From the human T2T-CHM13v2.0 reference genome, Homo sapiens, in assembly GCF_009914755.1 (NCBI RefSeq), contig NC_060948.1: a DNA stretch of 64,000 nt; one strand, 5' to 3'. Positions 45,150 through 62,790 of this stretch are shown here, in pieces. Positions within the stretch are counted from its first letter, which is position 1. Each line of letters begins with the position of its first letter. Below the pieces are notes generated by a model that worked only from the letters and a program-made list of their open reading frames with translations, did no database searches and had not been told where the DNA came from. A program made the translations under genes and the position numbers.

Positions 45150-48100
45150 CTTCTTTTTTTAATTTTGATTATTTATTTTTATTATTATACTTTATGTTCT
45201 GGGGTACATGTGAGGAATGTGTAGGTTTGCTACATAGGTATACATGTACCATGGTGGTTTGCTGCACCCCTCAACCTGTCATCTATATTAGGTACTTCTC
45301 CTAATGCTCTCCCTGACCTGCCCGCTCAAACCCCTGACAGGCCCCAGTATGTGATGTTTCCCTCCCTGTGTTCATGTGTTCTAATTGTTCAACAACCACC
45401 TATGAGTGAGAAAATGTGGTGTTTGGTTTTCTGTCCTTGTGATAGTTTGCTTAGAATGATGGTTTCCAGCTTCATCCATGTCCCTGCAAAGGACATGAAC
45501 TCATTCTTTTTTATGGCTGCATAGTATTCCATGGTATATACGTGCCACAGTTTCTTATTCCAGTCTATCATTGATGGACATTTGGGTTGGTTCCAAGTCT
45601 TCACTATTGTGAACAGTGCTGCAATAAACATACGTGTGCATGTTTGTTTATAGTAGAATTGTTTATAATTCTTTGGGTATATATTCAGTAATGGGATTGT
45701 TGGGTCAAATGTTATTTCTAGTTCTAGATCTTTGAGGAATTGCCGCACTATCTTCCACAATAGCTGAACTAATTTACACTCCCAACAACAGTATAAAAGT
45801 GTTTCTATTTCTCCACATTCTCTCCAGCATCTGTTGTTTCCTGACTTTTTAATGATCACCATTCTAACTGGCATGAGATGGTATATCACTATGGATTTTG
45901 TTTGCATTTCTCTAACGACCAGGGATGATGAGCTTTTTTTCATGTTTGTTGGCTGCATAAATGTCTTCTTTTGAGAAGTGTCTTTCATATCCTTCACCCA
46001 GTTTTTGATAGAGTTGTTTTTGTCTTGCAAATTTGTTTAAGTTCTTTGTAGATTCTGGATATTAGCCCTTTGTCAGATGGATAGATTGCAAAAATTGTTC
46101 CCATTCTGTAGGTTGCCTGTTCACTCTGGTGAGAGTTTCTTTTGATGTGCAGAAACTCTTTGGTTTAATTAGATCCCATTTGTCAATTTTGGCTTTTTGT
46201 TGCAGTTGCTTTTGGTGTTTTAGTTATGAAGTCTTTGTACATGCCTATGTCCTGAATGGTATTGCCTAGGTTTTCTCCTAGGGTTTTTATGGTTTTAGGT
46301 CTTACAGTTAAGTCTTTAATCCATCTTGAGTTAATTTTTGTATAAGGTGTAAGGAAAGGGTTCAGTTTTAGTTTTCTGCATGTGGCTAGCCAGTTTTCCC
46401 AACACCATTTATTGAATAGGGTATCCTTTCCCCATTGCTTATTTCTGTCAGGTTTGTCAAAGATCAGATGGTTGTAGATGTGTTGTATTATTTCTGAGGC
46501 TGCTGTTCTGTTCCAGTTGTCTACATACCTGTTTTGGTACCAGTACCTTGCTGTTTTGGTACCAGTACTATGCTGTTTTGGTTTCCATAGCCTTGTAGTA
46601 TAGTTTGAAGTCAGGTAGCATGATGCCTCCAGCTTTGTTCTTTTTTGCTTAGGATTGTCTTAGCTATGCGGGCTCTTTTTTGGTTCCATATGAAACTTAA
46701 AGTAGTTTTTCTAATTCTGTGAAGAAAGTCATTGGTAGCTTGATGGGGATAGCATTGAATCTATAAATTACTTGGAGCAGTGTGGCCATTTTCAAAATAT
46801 TGATTCTTCCTATCCATGAGCATGGAACATTTTTCCATTTGTTTGTGTCCTCTCTTATTTCCTTGAGCAGTAGTTTGTAGTTCTCCTTGAAGAGGTCCTT
46901 TACATCTTTTATAAGTTGTATTCCTAGGTATTTTATTCTCTTTGTAGCAATTATGAATGTGAGTTTACTCATTATTTGGCTCTCTGTTTCTTTATTATTG
47001 GTGTATAGGAATGCTTGTGATTTTTGCACATTGATTTTGTATCCTGAGACTTTGCTGAAGTTGCTTATCAGCTTAAGGGGATTTTAGACCAAGACAATGG
47101 GGCTTTCTAAATATACAGCCATGTCATCTGCAAACGGAAACAGTTTGAATTCCCTTTATTTGCATACCCTTTATTTCTTGGTCTTGCCTGATTGCCCTGG
47201 CCAGAGCCTCCAATACTTTGTTGAAGTAGAGTGGTGACAGAGGGCATCCTTGTCTTGTGCTGGTTTTCAAAGGAAATGCTTCTAGCTTTTGCCCATTCAG
47301 TATGTTATTGGCTGTGGGTTTGTCATAAATAGCGCTTACAATTTTGAGATACATTCCATCAATACCTAGTTTATTGAGAGTTTTTAGAATGAATTTATGT
47401 TGAATTTTATGGAAGTTCTTTTCTCCATGTACTGAGGTAATCACGTGTTTTTTGTCATTTGTTCTGTTTACCTGATGGATTACATTTATTGATTTCTGTA
47501 TGTTGAACCAGCCTTGCAACCCAGGAATGAAGCCAACTTGATCATAGTGGATAAGCTTTTCAATGAGTTGCTGGACTTGTTTTGCCAGTATTTAGGATTT
47601 TCATGTAAATGTTCATCAGGGATATTGGCCTGAAATTTTATTTTCCTTTATTGTGTCTTTGCCAGGTTTTGGTATCAGGATGTTGCTGGTCTCATAAAAT
47701 GAGTTAGGGAGAAGTCCCTCTTTTTCTAATGTTTGGAATAGTTTCAGAACGAACGGTACCAGTTCCTTTTTGTACATCCGGTAGAATTCCACTATGAATC
47801 TGTCAGGTCTTGGGCATTTTTTGGTTGGTAGGCTATTAATTACTTTCTCAATTTCAGAACTTGTTATTTTTCTGTTCAGGGATTGGACTCCTTCCTGGTT
47901 TAGTCTTGGGAGGGTACATGTGTCTATGAATTTATCAATTTTTTCTAGATTTTCTAGTTTATTTGAGTAGAGGTGTTTATAGTATTCTCTGATGGTAGTA
48001 TGTATTTCTGTGGGACCAGTGGTGATATCCCCCTTATTATTTTTTATTGTGTCTGTATGATTCTTCTCTCTTTTCTTCTTTATTAATCTGGCTAGTGGCC

Positions 48101-51100
48101 CATCTATTTTGTTAATCTTTTCAAAAAACCATCTCCTGTATTCATTGATTTTTTTGAAGGATTTTTCATGTCTCTATCTCCTTCAATTCAGCTGTCACCT
48201 TGGTTATTTATTGGGTTCTTCCAGCTTTTGAATTTCTTTGCTATTGCTTCTTTTGTTCTTTAACTGTGATGTTAGGGTGTTGATTTTGGACCTTTTCCAC
48301 TTTCTCATGTGGGTATTTAGAGCTATAAATTTCCCTCTTACCAGTGCTTTAGCTGTGTCCCAGAGATTCTGATATGTCATCTCTTTGTTCTCATTGGTTT
48401 CAAAGAACTTATTTATCTGCCTTAATTTCATAATTTACCCAGTAGTTATTCAGGAGCATAGGTTTTTCAGTTTCCATGTAGTTGAGCGGTTTGAGTGAAT
48501 TTCTTAATCCTGAGTTCTAATTTGATTGCACTGTGTTCTGAATGACTCTTTGTCATGCTTTCTCTTCTCTTGCATTTGCTTAGAAGTGTTTTACTTCCAA
48601 TTATGTGGTCGGTTTTAGAATAAGGGTGATGTGATGCTGAGACAAATGTATATCCTGTTGATTTGGGTTGGAGAGTTTTGGAGATATCTATTAGGTCCAC
48701 TTGGTCCAGTGCTGAGTTCAAGTCCTGAATATATCCTTGTTACTTTTCTGTCTCTTTGATCTGTGTAATATTGACAGTGGAGTGTTACATTCTCCTACTA
48801 TTATTGTGTGGGAGTCTCAGTTTCATTGTAGGACTCTAAGAACTTGTTTTATGAATCTGGGTGCTCCTGTATTGGGTGCATATATGTATTTAGGATAGTT
48901 AGCGCTTCTTATTGAAATAATCCGTTTACCATTATGTAATGCTCTTCTTTGTCTTTTTTTTATCTTTGTTGGTTTAAAGGCTGTTTCATCAGTCTGGGAT
49001 TGTAACCCCTGCTTTTTTTTTGTTTTCTTTCCATTTGCTTTGTACGTTTTCCTCCATCCCTTTATTTTGAGCCTATGTGTGTGTTTGCACATGAGATGAG
49101 TCTCCTGAATACAGCACACCAATGGGTCTTAACTGTTTATCCAGTTTGCCAGTCTGTGTCTTTTAACTGGGGCATTTAGCCCATTTACATTTAAGTTTAA
49201 TATTGTTATACATGAATTTGATCTTGTCTTCCTGATGCTAGCTGGTCATTTTGCACATTAGTAGATGCAGTTTCTTCATAGTGTCATTGGTCTTTACATT
49301 TTGGAATGTTTTTGCAATGGCTGGTACTGGTTTTTCCTTTTCATATTTAGTGCTTCCTTTGGGAGCTCTCATAAGGCAGGCCTGGTGGTGACAAAATCCC
49401 TCAGCATTTGCTTCTCTGGAAAGGATTTTATTTCTACTTCACTTATGAAACTTAGTTTGGCTGGATATGAAATTCTGGGTTGAAAATTTTGTCTTTAAGA
49501 ATGTTGTATATAGGCCCCTACTCTCTTTTGGCTTGTGGAGTTGCTACAGAGAGATCCACTGTTAGTTTGATGGGCTTCCCTTTGTAGGTCACTTCCCCTT
49601 TTTCTGTGGCTGCTCTTAACATTTTTTCCTTCATTTCACCCTTGGAGAATCTGATGATTATGTGTCTTGGGGTTGTTCCTCTCGATGAGTATCTTAGTGG
49701 TGTTCTCTGTATTTTCTGAATTTGAATGTTGGCCTGTCTTACAAGGTTGGGGAAGTTTTCCTGGTTCCATTCTCCCCCTCACTTTCAGGTACACCAGTCA
49801 ATCTTAGGTTTGGTCTTTTCACATAGTCCCATATATCTTGGAGGTTTTGTTCATTCCTTTTCATTCCTTTTTCTCTAATTTGTCTTCACACTTTATTTCA
49901 TTAAGTTGATCTTCAATCTCTGATATCCTTTCTTCTACCTGATCAATTCAACTGTTGATACTTATGTATGCTTCATGTAGTTCTCATACTGTGATTTTCA
50001 GCTCCATCAGGTCATTTATGTTCTTCTGTAACAGATTATTCTAGTTAACAGTTTCTGTAACTTTTTTTTCAAGGTTCTTATCTTCCTTGCTTTGGGTTAG
50101 AACATGGTCCTTTAGCTCAGAGGAGTTTGCTATTACCCACCTCTGAACCATACTTCTGCCAGTTTGTCAAACTCATTCTCCATCCAGCTTTTGTCCTTGC
50201 TGGAGAGGAGTTGCAATCATTTGGAGGAGAAGCAGCATTCTGGTTTTTGGAATTTTTAGCATTTTTGCACTTTTTCTCATCTTCCTGGATTTATCTACCT
50301 GTGATCTTTGATGATGGTGACCTTTGGATGGGGTTTTTGCATGGGTGTCCTTTTTGTTGATGTTGATATTATTGCTTTCTGTTTGTTAGTTTTCATTCTA
50401 ACAGTCTGGCCTGTCATCTGCAGGTCTGCTGGAATTTGGTGGGGGTCCACTCCAGACCTTGTTTTCCTGGGTATTACCAGCAGAAGCTGTAGAACAGCAA
50501 ACATTGCTGCCTGCTCCTTCCTCTGGAAGCTTCATCCCAGAGGGACATCAGCCTGATGCCAACTGGAGCTCTGTTGTATGAAGTGTCTGTGGACCCCTGG
50601 TGGGAGGTATCTCCCAGTCAGCAGGCACAGGGGACAGGGACCCACTTGAGGAGGCAGTCTGTCCCTTAGCAGAGCTCAAGTACTGTGCTGGGAGATCTGT
50701 CTTCAGAGCCAGACGACAGGAACATTTAAATTGGCTTAAGCTGTGCCTACAGCTGACCCTTCCCCCAGGAGCTCTGTCCCAGGGAGACGGGAGTTTTATT
50801 TGTAAGCGCCTGATGGGGGCTGCTGCCTTTCTTTCAGAGATGCCCTGCCCAGTGAGGAGTAATCCAGATAGGCCATCTGGCCACAGCCACTTTGCTGCAC
50901 ACTGCAGTGAGTTAAGTGTAGTCCAAACTTCCTGGCAGCTTCCTTAACATTGTGAGGGGAAAACAACCTACTCAAGCCTCAATAATGGTGGACACCCCTC
51001 CCCCGACCAGGCTCGATCATCCCAGTTCGACTTCACACTGCTGTGCTGGTAGTGAGCATTTTAAGCCAGTGGTGCTTAGCTTGCTGGGCTCCATGGGAGT

Positions 51101-51577
51101 GGTACCCACTGAGCAAGACCAGATGGCTCCCTGGCTTCAGCCCCCTTTCCAGGGGAGTGAGCGGTTCTGTCTCACTGTAGTTCCAGGTGTCACTGGGTAT
51201 GAAAAAAACCTGCTGTAGATAGCTGAGTGTCCCAATTTTGTGCTTGAAACCCAGGGCCTTGGTTGTGTAAGCACATGTGGGAATCTCTTGGTCTGCGGGT
51301 TGTCAAAACCATGGGAAAAAACATAGTATCTGGGCTGGATAGCTCAGTCCCTCAAGGCTTCTCTTGGCTAGGGGAAAGAGATCCCCATCCCCTTACACTT
51401 TCTGGGTGAGGTAACAACCCACCCTGCTCCTGCTTGCTCTCTGTGGGCAGCACTCACTGTTTAACTAGTCCCAGTGAGGTGAACTGGGGATCTCAGTTTG
51501 AAATGAAGAAATCACCTGCCTTCTGTGTTGGTCTTGCTGGGAGCTGCAGAATGGAGCTGTTCCTATTTGGCCATCTT
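45150..51577 (-). mobile_element. Near-full-length L1PA7-like LINE-1 (disrupted)
   Basis: 3'UTR at ~45190; ORF2 fragments 45389..46030, 47124..47519 and 48823..49122; ORF1 relic; 5'UTR ending cctatttggccatctt. Confidence 0.92.
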
Positions 51578-54559
51578 CAAATTTGTTTCTTATTTTTAAT
51601 TAGTTTGTCTTTTACTATTAAATTATAAGAGTTCTCTATATTCTGGATAGAAGTCTCTCATCAGATTCGTGCGTGAGCATTTCATTCAAATGATTTGTTC
51701 CCTCCAGCATTCATATTTCTACCATCTACTGTTAACTGGCATATGTCTGTCTCCTTTACCTCAACTTTCTAACTTTTATACTTTTCTCCCTGGTGAGTGC
51801 TTGGGGGCTCTCAGCCTTCTGTGCCTAGGGAGGAATTTCAGAACTGAGAGATCCCTAAGGTGTCTGACTCAGAAGGTCACAGTGATCCAAGGCTCTCTCC
51901 ATCCCAAGGCCTTTAGTTGTGCATTCCAGACAGGAAGCCTACCCAGCCAGCTCCTCTAGCACTTTGAGCAGTATCCCCTCCCTGCCTCCCTTCTCCTTCT
52001 CTGTTCCCATACTGCACAGGAGCTCTGTGTGGGGAGCATGGGGGCTCACTACTGCCTGGAGCTGCTGCTATTGCTGAGGTGTAAGAACTCTGGAGAGGTA
52101 AGAAGATAGGGTGTGTGTATTTCAGGCTCTGTGTTTTGTGCCTACTGCTAGAAGCAAGGTAGGACCCAAGCCAGGAAGACATGAAAGATTCCAGGGGGTA
52201 CTAATCCCAGAGCAGCATCTGGGAAAGGTGAACATAAGCAGGAAAGAAGGAGAGAAACAATAGCATTGGAGGGACTCACTCAGTGTGCTCTGGCACTTGA
52301 GTCTCTTTTAACCTCAAAGTTCAGGTGGTTCAAATTACCGTCCCACTGTGCCTGCCCGTTGGTTTAGGAGAAAATTCAATCTTCAAACCTGGCTCATGGG
52401 AATATTACATATGCCAAGACATTTAAATATTTATTGAAAGCTCAGAACAAATTACAGTAAGGACCCACCATTTCTTCTACACCATTCCTTTTGGCTATTT
52501 TCTCAGAATTTGAAAATCAATGGAGTTTGACTCTAACATGCACATTAGCTTATAATGTTACTGCTGTATGGGTCTTAGTGATATTCCTGTCCAGCATTTT
52601 CCTTGCTAGAGGTAAGAAAACTGAGGTTCACAGTAGATCAGACATTGGCAGTGTCACCAGGCTAATCCAGGACAGAACTGAGCTGAAACATCCTTGCTAA
52701 GGAGCCTCTCTTTGGGTCTCAATCATTGGGTACTATATAATGACTGACAATTGGTGACAAGGGCATAGGTTGCCCTTTTCCTTAGTATGATGAAGGATCA
52801 AGATTCTATGACATTTATAAGCAATTAGGGTACTGATATGGAACCACAAAATGTGATCCAACTTTGTCCTGTGGCCACTCCATGCAGCAAAGACAAATGA
52901 CTGGTTCAGAAAACTTTGGTTTTGTTGTTTGCATACAATAAAGGCAGACTTTGGTGCAAACCTTACTTTTTTTAATGATTCCATGGTTTTTTTTTAATGA
53001 TTTCATAGAAAGAACCTCAAAAGTCATCTTTTCATATTATTAATTTTGAATGTTATGAAACTATACAGCATAATAAGATACTTGCTGGTATCTTATATCA
53101 CAGGTATCTTATATCACTACAAGTAAAATCCGCTTTGAATCCTTCCTAAAGTAAGATTGGTTTATTTGGTGAATTGTTTTTAACACCAAGAAAGTGAAAT
53201 CACTAGCTTTTCAACAGATTGGTGATTTATTACCTTAAACAGTGTGATCAGGCTACTTCAATTCACCTGCAGATTTCTTCCTCTCTCTATCTTGTACACA
53301 TGTCATGATAAACATAATTTAAATATATATAAATTATTTAACTTATTAAAAGCCAAGTTGCTTTTGAAGAACATTTGATGTTCTTAGATTATAATTATTT
53401 ACAGTTATTGAATGATTCCATTTTGTAGGCATAGACTTTTTATTGTGATTCTGATTATTTACAGTAATAGCAACTATCAATTCAACTAATGTTGTGGTAA
53501 TTGCAGATTTTTGGATAACTGTTACTGTCACTGTCCACAGTGTCAGTGTGGAAAAAAAGCCACAAAACAGTAAATCCCTTTGCTTTCCAAGTGGCTTTGT
53601 AAATTCTGCTGATAAGAACTGCACAATTTAGCAATGTTTAGTCAGTGCTTTAAAAATTGACAGTTGTCTTTTAAAATAGATTTTGAATCTGCTTGTGTAC
53701 CTACTTCCAAATTAAGAAAAATCATTTGTAGAAACCAAATTGATTCCAAGTTTCTAATCACAGGGAGAAAATGGGATTTTGTAAACCTGCAGAGCCTGAA
53801 TTTATTATTGCATCCAGCTGCACAAATTTGTAAACATGTTCCTCTCTAGTCAGGACCCTATGGAAGGAGCCAGTTTGGACTGCTGCCTTGATAGCTAACA
53901 TTTGTAGAGGCTGCAGTGCAGGAAGCTACTGGGATATTTGAACTTTGTCATCTATTTTAATGTGAGCACTAAATGGCCGGTAGAGAGAGTATGCAAGCCA
54001 ATTAGTTCTGCTTCAATGTCATGGTAGGGATATATAAGTAGCCTTATTATTCTTGTCATTCTCGGTGAATTTCAGAATGCTTCTTGAAATGGGCTTTCTG
54101 TATGTGTTGAGTGTGTGTTCAGTGGGCTGTCTGGGAAGGAAGATAGGGGAGGGCCAAGGCCTGGGTCTCCTAAAACACATGATTATTTCATTGAACTAAT
54201 CAGTGAGAGAAAGACAGGGCCTTGTGGTTTCTACGAGCACTGGACTTGCGTTTCTTTGTTTTCCATCCATCCTTTGGAACCAGAGAAGGCATGAGGACCA
54301 TCCATGAGCAGGTTCACACTCAAAGCTGGGATAGATGGTCTTTCCCCAGTTGTCATAGCAATGCTGGCATGGGGATACTTGCCCATATTTGTAGAGTTGT
54401 CCTCCCCATCTTTGGCAGCTTAGCACAAAAGGAAGCTCCCTCATGCAATTGCAAAGCAGTTATTGGGTTAGGGTTTCTTCATTTTAAGTTATAGTTAGCT
54501 CTCTAGTATATATTTGGGAGGGCAAATGGTCAGGAAAAATTAAGTTGCAGAAGGAGAGT

Positions 54560-54720
54560 TCTGTGAATTGTAAGATAATTAGCAGCAGTCCTGGCATTCA
54601 CCCAGGAGATACTGAGAGCACCTCTCCAACTGCCACCCGACTCTGCCAAATCCCCTGTTGTGACTCCAGACATTGCCCAAGTTCCCCTATGATACAAACA
54701 GTCCCTGGTTAAGAAGCACT
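54560..54720. mobile_element. MER20 relic
   Basis: ctccagacattgcccaagttcccct..ctggttaagaagcact. Confidence 0.55.
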
Positions 54721-56544
54721 TATTTAAAGGAAATTGGCTTGGTGAAGAAATCCTTATAAAGTGGAATTAGCTGAACTGTGCCAATCCCAGACTGACATGG
54801 AAATGGTCTGAGTTCGGAGGCACTGTACACAAAGGCCCAACCCTAGAAAGAAAGTGAAAGGAAGACATGAAGAGAGAGGTGTTCTCAAGGTTTAGCCTCC
54901 ACCAATCCTTGTGTCCCCATGACACCACTCACCTGGTCGATTTGCTCTCCTGTTACCCTCAGAGGGGTGAACTGAGAATGAAGGCTTGTCTTGGAGGCAG
55001 CAAAGAACAGTGTCTGGGGATATCAGGTAGAAGAAGGCAAAGATCATGCATGGTCAAATTCAGTAAGGGAAGTGTTCAGGTGGCTACACAGAAGTGATGC
55101 ATTGATAAATGGCAGACATTATGTACTTTAGTGCCTTTGGCATCAAAAACTTCCATTTTATGTCAAACTGTGTATCACTCCTGCTTCCAAATATGTAGTA
55201 TATCCTTTGAGGGTCTACAGAGGCAGGACAAAGCCCTTTCTGAATATAAGAACTGTAGCCAACATGTATTGAGTTTGGGATTCATTAATATGAAAGAACT
55301 CAGAGGATGATATTAGTGCATTTTATGGAGGGGTATACTCACAATAGTGCGTTTTATGGATGAGGTGTAGAGAGGCCAAAAACTTTGTCCAAGTTTCCAC
55401 AGCACATAGGAAATGGTCATGACTGTGAATGAGATGCTTTGGTAATGGAGGCTGCACATCCTACTACCACATTGAAAAGTTATCTTTGTGCTTCTGTGGC
55501 TGCTTGACTGACCCCCAGGGCCTCTACATTCCATGGCCAAAAATGAAGCATGGAAAATTATTTGGAGAGGCAAACAAAATTTGATTGCTTGGAGGAATTG
55601 AGATATTTTAATATTGCTCATTTTTAAAATTAATAATGAAGTGAATTCTGGGTCCTATGGTGTTTTTATTGACAATAGAGACATGATATTTGTAAATGGG
55701 CTTTATTGATTGAGATTTTTTGTAAAAAAAAAAAAAAATAGAGGATTTAAGTGTGATTTGTCAAGGCAAATGTTTTGAACCCAAATAACTAATCCTTTCT
55801 TTTCTCTTTAACTCTTTATCACTCCCAGCCCAATCTTATTCCTCAATAATTATCATCTAGAAGAGTCAGGTGTTTCACATGATGCCAGCATGGACTTTTC
55901 CCAACAGGGATGTATTTTTGATTATGTAAATGTCAGCCAATGACCCTTGCTGATAATGCTTCAGATCAAATGGGGGCAAAAGAAATTGGAAGCTACCTAA
56001 TAAAAATAAGTAAAAACTCCAGCTAATAAGAGTTTTACAACAGACATAAGCTGATTGTTATTTTATTAAAACAATGTGGAGTACTACTAAATGCCACTAT
56101 CTTTTGGAAATGTAGGAAACTGAAGTCATTTTTCTCTTGTGAGTCCCATGTTAAACTGCTCATAGTAGGATCTCAGTTATTTTTTCTAATTAATACAGTC
56201 TTCTACTATATTGTACTCTTTTAAAAAGTCTTGACCTTAAAGTCATTCTTGGTATTCTCTGCTATTCTTTACTACCAAGGGAAACACTTCATATTTAGGG
56301 AAAAAGTCTTATTTTTATTTTGTGTGGAGTTGAGAAAGGAGGTGGTAAGCTTGACATTTCTTGCAAATAAGATGCACAATTTCATCATTTTTTTCATGAT
56401 ATAATTTTTGTATTGGAAGAAGTGTAATGTGTTGTGGCAGTGATATTGAGTACCATAACCATATAATCATTCTCTAAATGATTGGAATGGAGAGAAGTTT
56501 CATTTAAAATTTCAAGTTACTCAAATGGCACATGTCTCCACATT

Positions 56545-56750
56545 GGTGTTTGGTTTTCTGTCCCTGTGTAAGTTTGCTGAGGATGCTGGCTTCTAGATCT
56601 ATCCATGTTCCTTCAAAGGACATGATCTCATTTCCTTTTATGGCTGCATAGTATCCTATTGAGTATATGTACCACATTTTTTTTTTATCCAGTCTATCAT
56701 TGATGGGCATTTGGGTTGTTCATGTCTTTGCTCTTGAAAATAGTGCTGCA
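56545..56750 (-). mobile_element. Older L1PA host element, 3' piece
   Basis: ORF 56504..56710 (DLEASILSKLTQGQKTKH); the element continues at 62791 after the TSD. Confidence 0.88.
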
Positions 56751-56985
56751 GATCCCAGAGCCAAGATGGCGGAATAGGAACAGCTCCGGTCTACAGCTCC
56801 CAGCCTGAGCAACACAAAAGACGGGTGATTTCTGCATTTGCATCTGAGGTACCGGGTTCATCTCACTAGGGAGTGCCAGACAGTGGGCGCAGGTCAGTGG
56901 GTGCGCGCACCGTGCGCGAGCCGAAGCAGGGTGAGGCATTGCCTCACTTGGGAAGTGCAAGGGGTCAGGGAGTTCCCTTTCCGAG

Positions 56986-57201
56986 TCAAAAAAAGGGGTG
57001 ACAGACACACCTGGAAAATCGGGTCACTCCCACCCAAATACTGCGCTTTTCCGATGGGCTTAAAAAACAGTGCGGCACCAGATTATAACCCGCACCTGGC
57101 TTGGAGGGTCCTACGCCCACGGAGTCTCGCTGATTGCTAGCACAGCAGTCTGAGATCAAACTGCAAGGCGGCAGTGAGGCTGGGGGTGGGGGTCCCGCCA
57201 T
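56986..57201 (-). CDS. ORF0: LINE-1 ORF0 (antisense 71-aa ORF), open
   Basis: MAGPPPPASLPPCSLISDCCASNQRDSVGVGPS...VGVTRFSRCVCHPFF has the length and sequence of L1 ORF0p. Confidence 0.85.
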   Translation of the reverse strand: MAGPPPPASLPPCSLISDCCASNQRDSVGVGPSKPGAGYNLVPHCFLSPSEKRSIWVGVTRFSRCVCHPFF

Positions 57202-57656
57202 TGCCCAGGCTGGCTTAGGTAAACAAAGCAGCCGGGAAGCTCAAACTGGGTGGAGTCCACCACAGCTCAAGGAGGCCTGCCTGCCTCTGTAGGCTCCACT
57301 TCTGGGGGCAGGGCACAGACAAGCAAAAAGACAACAGTAACCTCTGCAGACTTAAATGTCCCTGTCTGACACCTTTGAAGAGAGCAGTGGTTCTCCCAGC
57401 ACGCAGCTGGAGATCTGAGAATGGGCAGACTGCCTCCTCAAGTGGGTCCCTGACCCCTGACTCACGAGCAGCCTAACTGGGAGGCACCCCCCAGCAGGGG
57501 CACACTGACACCTCACACGGCAGGGTACTCCAACAGACCTGCAGCTGAGGGTCCTGTCTGTTAGAAGGAAAACTAACAAACAGAAAGGACATCCACACCA
57601 AAAACCCATCTGTACATCACCATCATCAAAGACCAAAAGAAGATAAAACCACAAAG

Positions 57657-58665
57657 ATGGGGAAAAAACAGAACAGAAAAGCTGGAAACTCTAAAAAGAA
57701 GACTGCCTCTCCTCCTCCAAAGGAACGCAGTTCCTCACCAGCAACGGAACAAAGCTGGACGGAGGACGACTTTGACCAGCTGAGAGAAGAAGGCTTCAGA
57801 TGATCAAATTACTCAGAGCTACGGGAGGACATTCAAACCAAAGGCAAAGAAGTTGAAAACATTGAAAAAAATTTAGAAGAATGTATAACTAGAATAATCA
57901 ATACAGAGAAGTGCTTAAAGGAGATGATGGAGCTGAAAACCAAGGCTCGAGAACTACGTGAAGAATGCAGAAGCCTCAGGAGCCGATGCGATCAACTGGA
58001 AGAAACGGTATCAGCAATGGAAGATGAAATGAATGAAATGAAGCGAGAAGGGAAGTTTAGGGAAAAAAGCATAAAAAGAAATGAGCAAAGCCTCCAAGAA
58101 ATATGGGACTATGTGAAAAGACCAAATCTACATCTGATTGGTGTACCTGAAAGTGACAGGGAGAATGGAACCAAGTTGGAAAACACTCTGCAGGCTATTA
58201 TCCAGGAGAACTTTCCCAATCTAACAAGGCAGGCCCACGTTCAGATTCAGGAAATACAGAGAACGCCACAAAGATACTCTTTGAGAAGAGCAACTCCAAG
58301 ACACATAATTGTCAGATTCACCGAAGTTGAAATGAAGGAAAAAATGTTAAGGGCAGCCAGAGAGAAAGATCGGGTTACCCTCAAAGGGAAGCCCATCAGA
58401 CTAACATCAGATCTCTCGGCAGAAACCCTACAAGCCAGAAGAGAGTGGGGGACAATAACTTAAAGAAAAGAATTTTCAACCCAGAATTTCATATCCAGCC
58501 AAACTAAGCTTCAGAAGTCAAGGAGAAATAAAATACTTTACAGACAAGCAAATGCTGAGAGATTTTGTCACCACCAGGCCTGCCCTAAAAGAGCTCCTGA
58601 AGGAAGTGCTAAACATGGAAAGGAACAACCGGTACCAGCCGCTGCAAAATCATGCCAAAATGTAA
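57657..58665 (+). pseudogene. L1 ORF1 (disrupted)
   Basis: MGKKQNRK start; TGA at 57801; small frameshifting deletion near 58455. Confidence 0.92.
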
Positions 58666-58728
58666 AGACCATCGAGACTAGGAAGAAACTGCATCAACTA
58701 ATGAGCAAAATCACCAGCTAACATCATA

Positions 58729-62554
<3,826 letters not shown>

Positions 62555-62790
62555 ACAATGAGATCACATGGACACAGGAAGGGGAACATCACACTCTGGG
62601 GACTGTTGTGGGGTGGGGGGAGAGGGGAGGGATAGCATTGGGAGATATACCTAATGCTAGATGACGATTTAGTGGGTGCAGCACACCAGCATGGCACATG
62701 TATACATATGTAACTAACCTGCACAATGTGCATGTGTACCCTAAAACTTAAAGTATAATAATAAAAGAAAAAAAAGAAAATAGTGCTGCA

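Noticed and set aside
53087-53117. Tandem duplication ggtatcttatatcac x2 (and a 22-bp tandem duplication at ~46530-46580)
   Set aside because: Ordinary slippage duplications with no further structure.
51600-56500. Unique-looking interval with several 60-100 aa ORFs
   Set aside because: No recognisable protein similarity or coherent exon structure; only faint MIR and MER20 relics.
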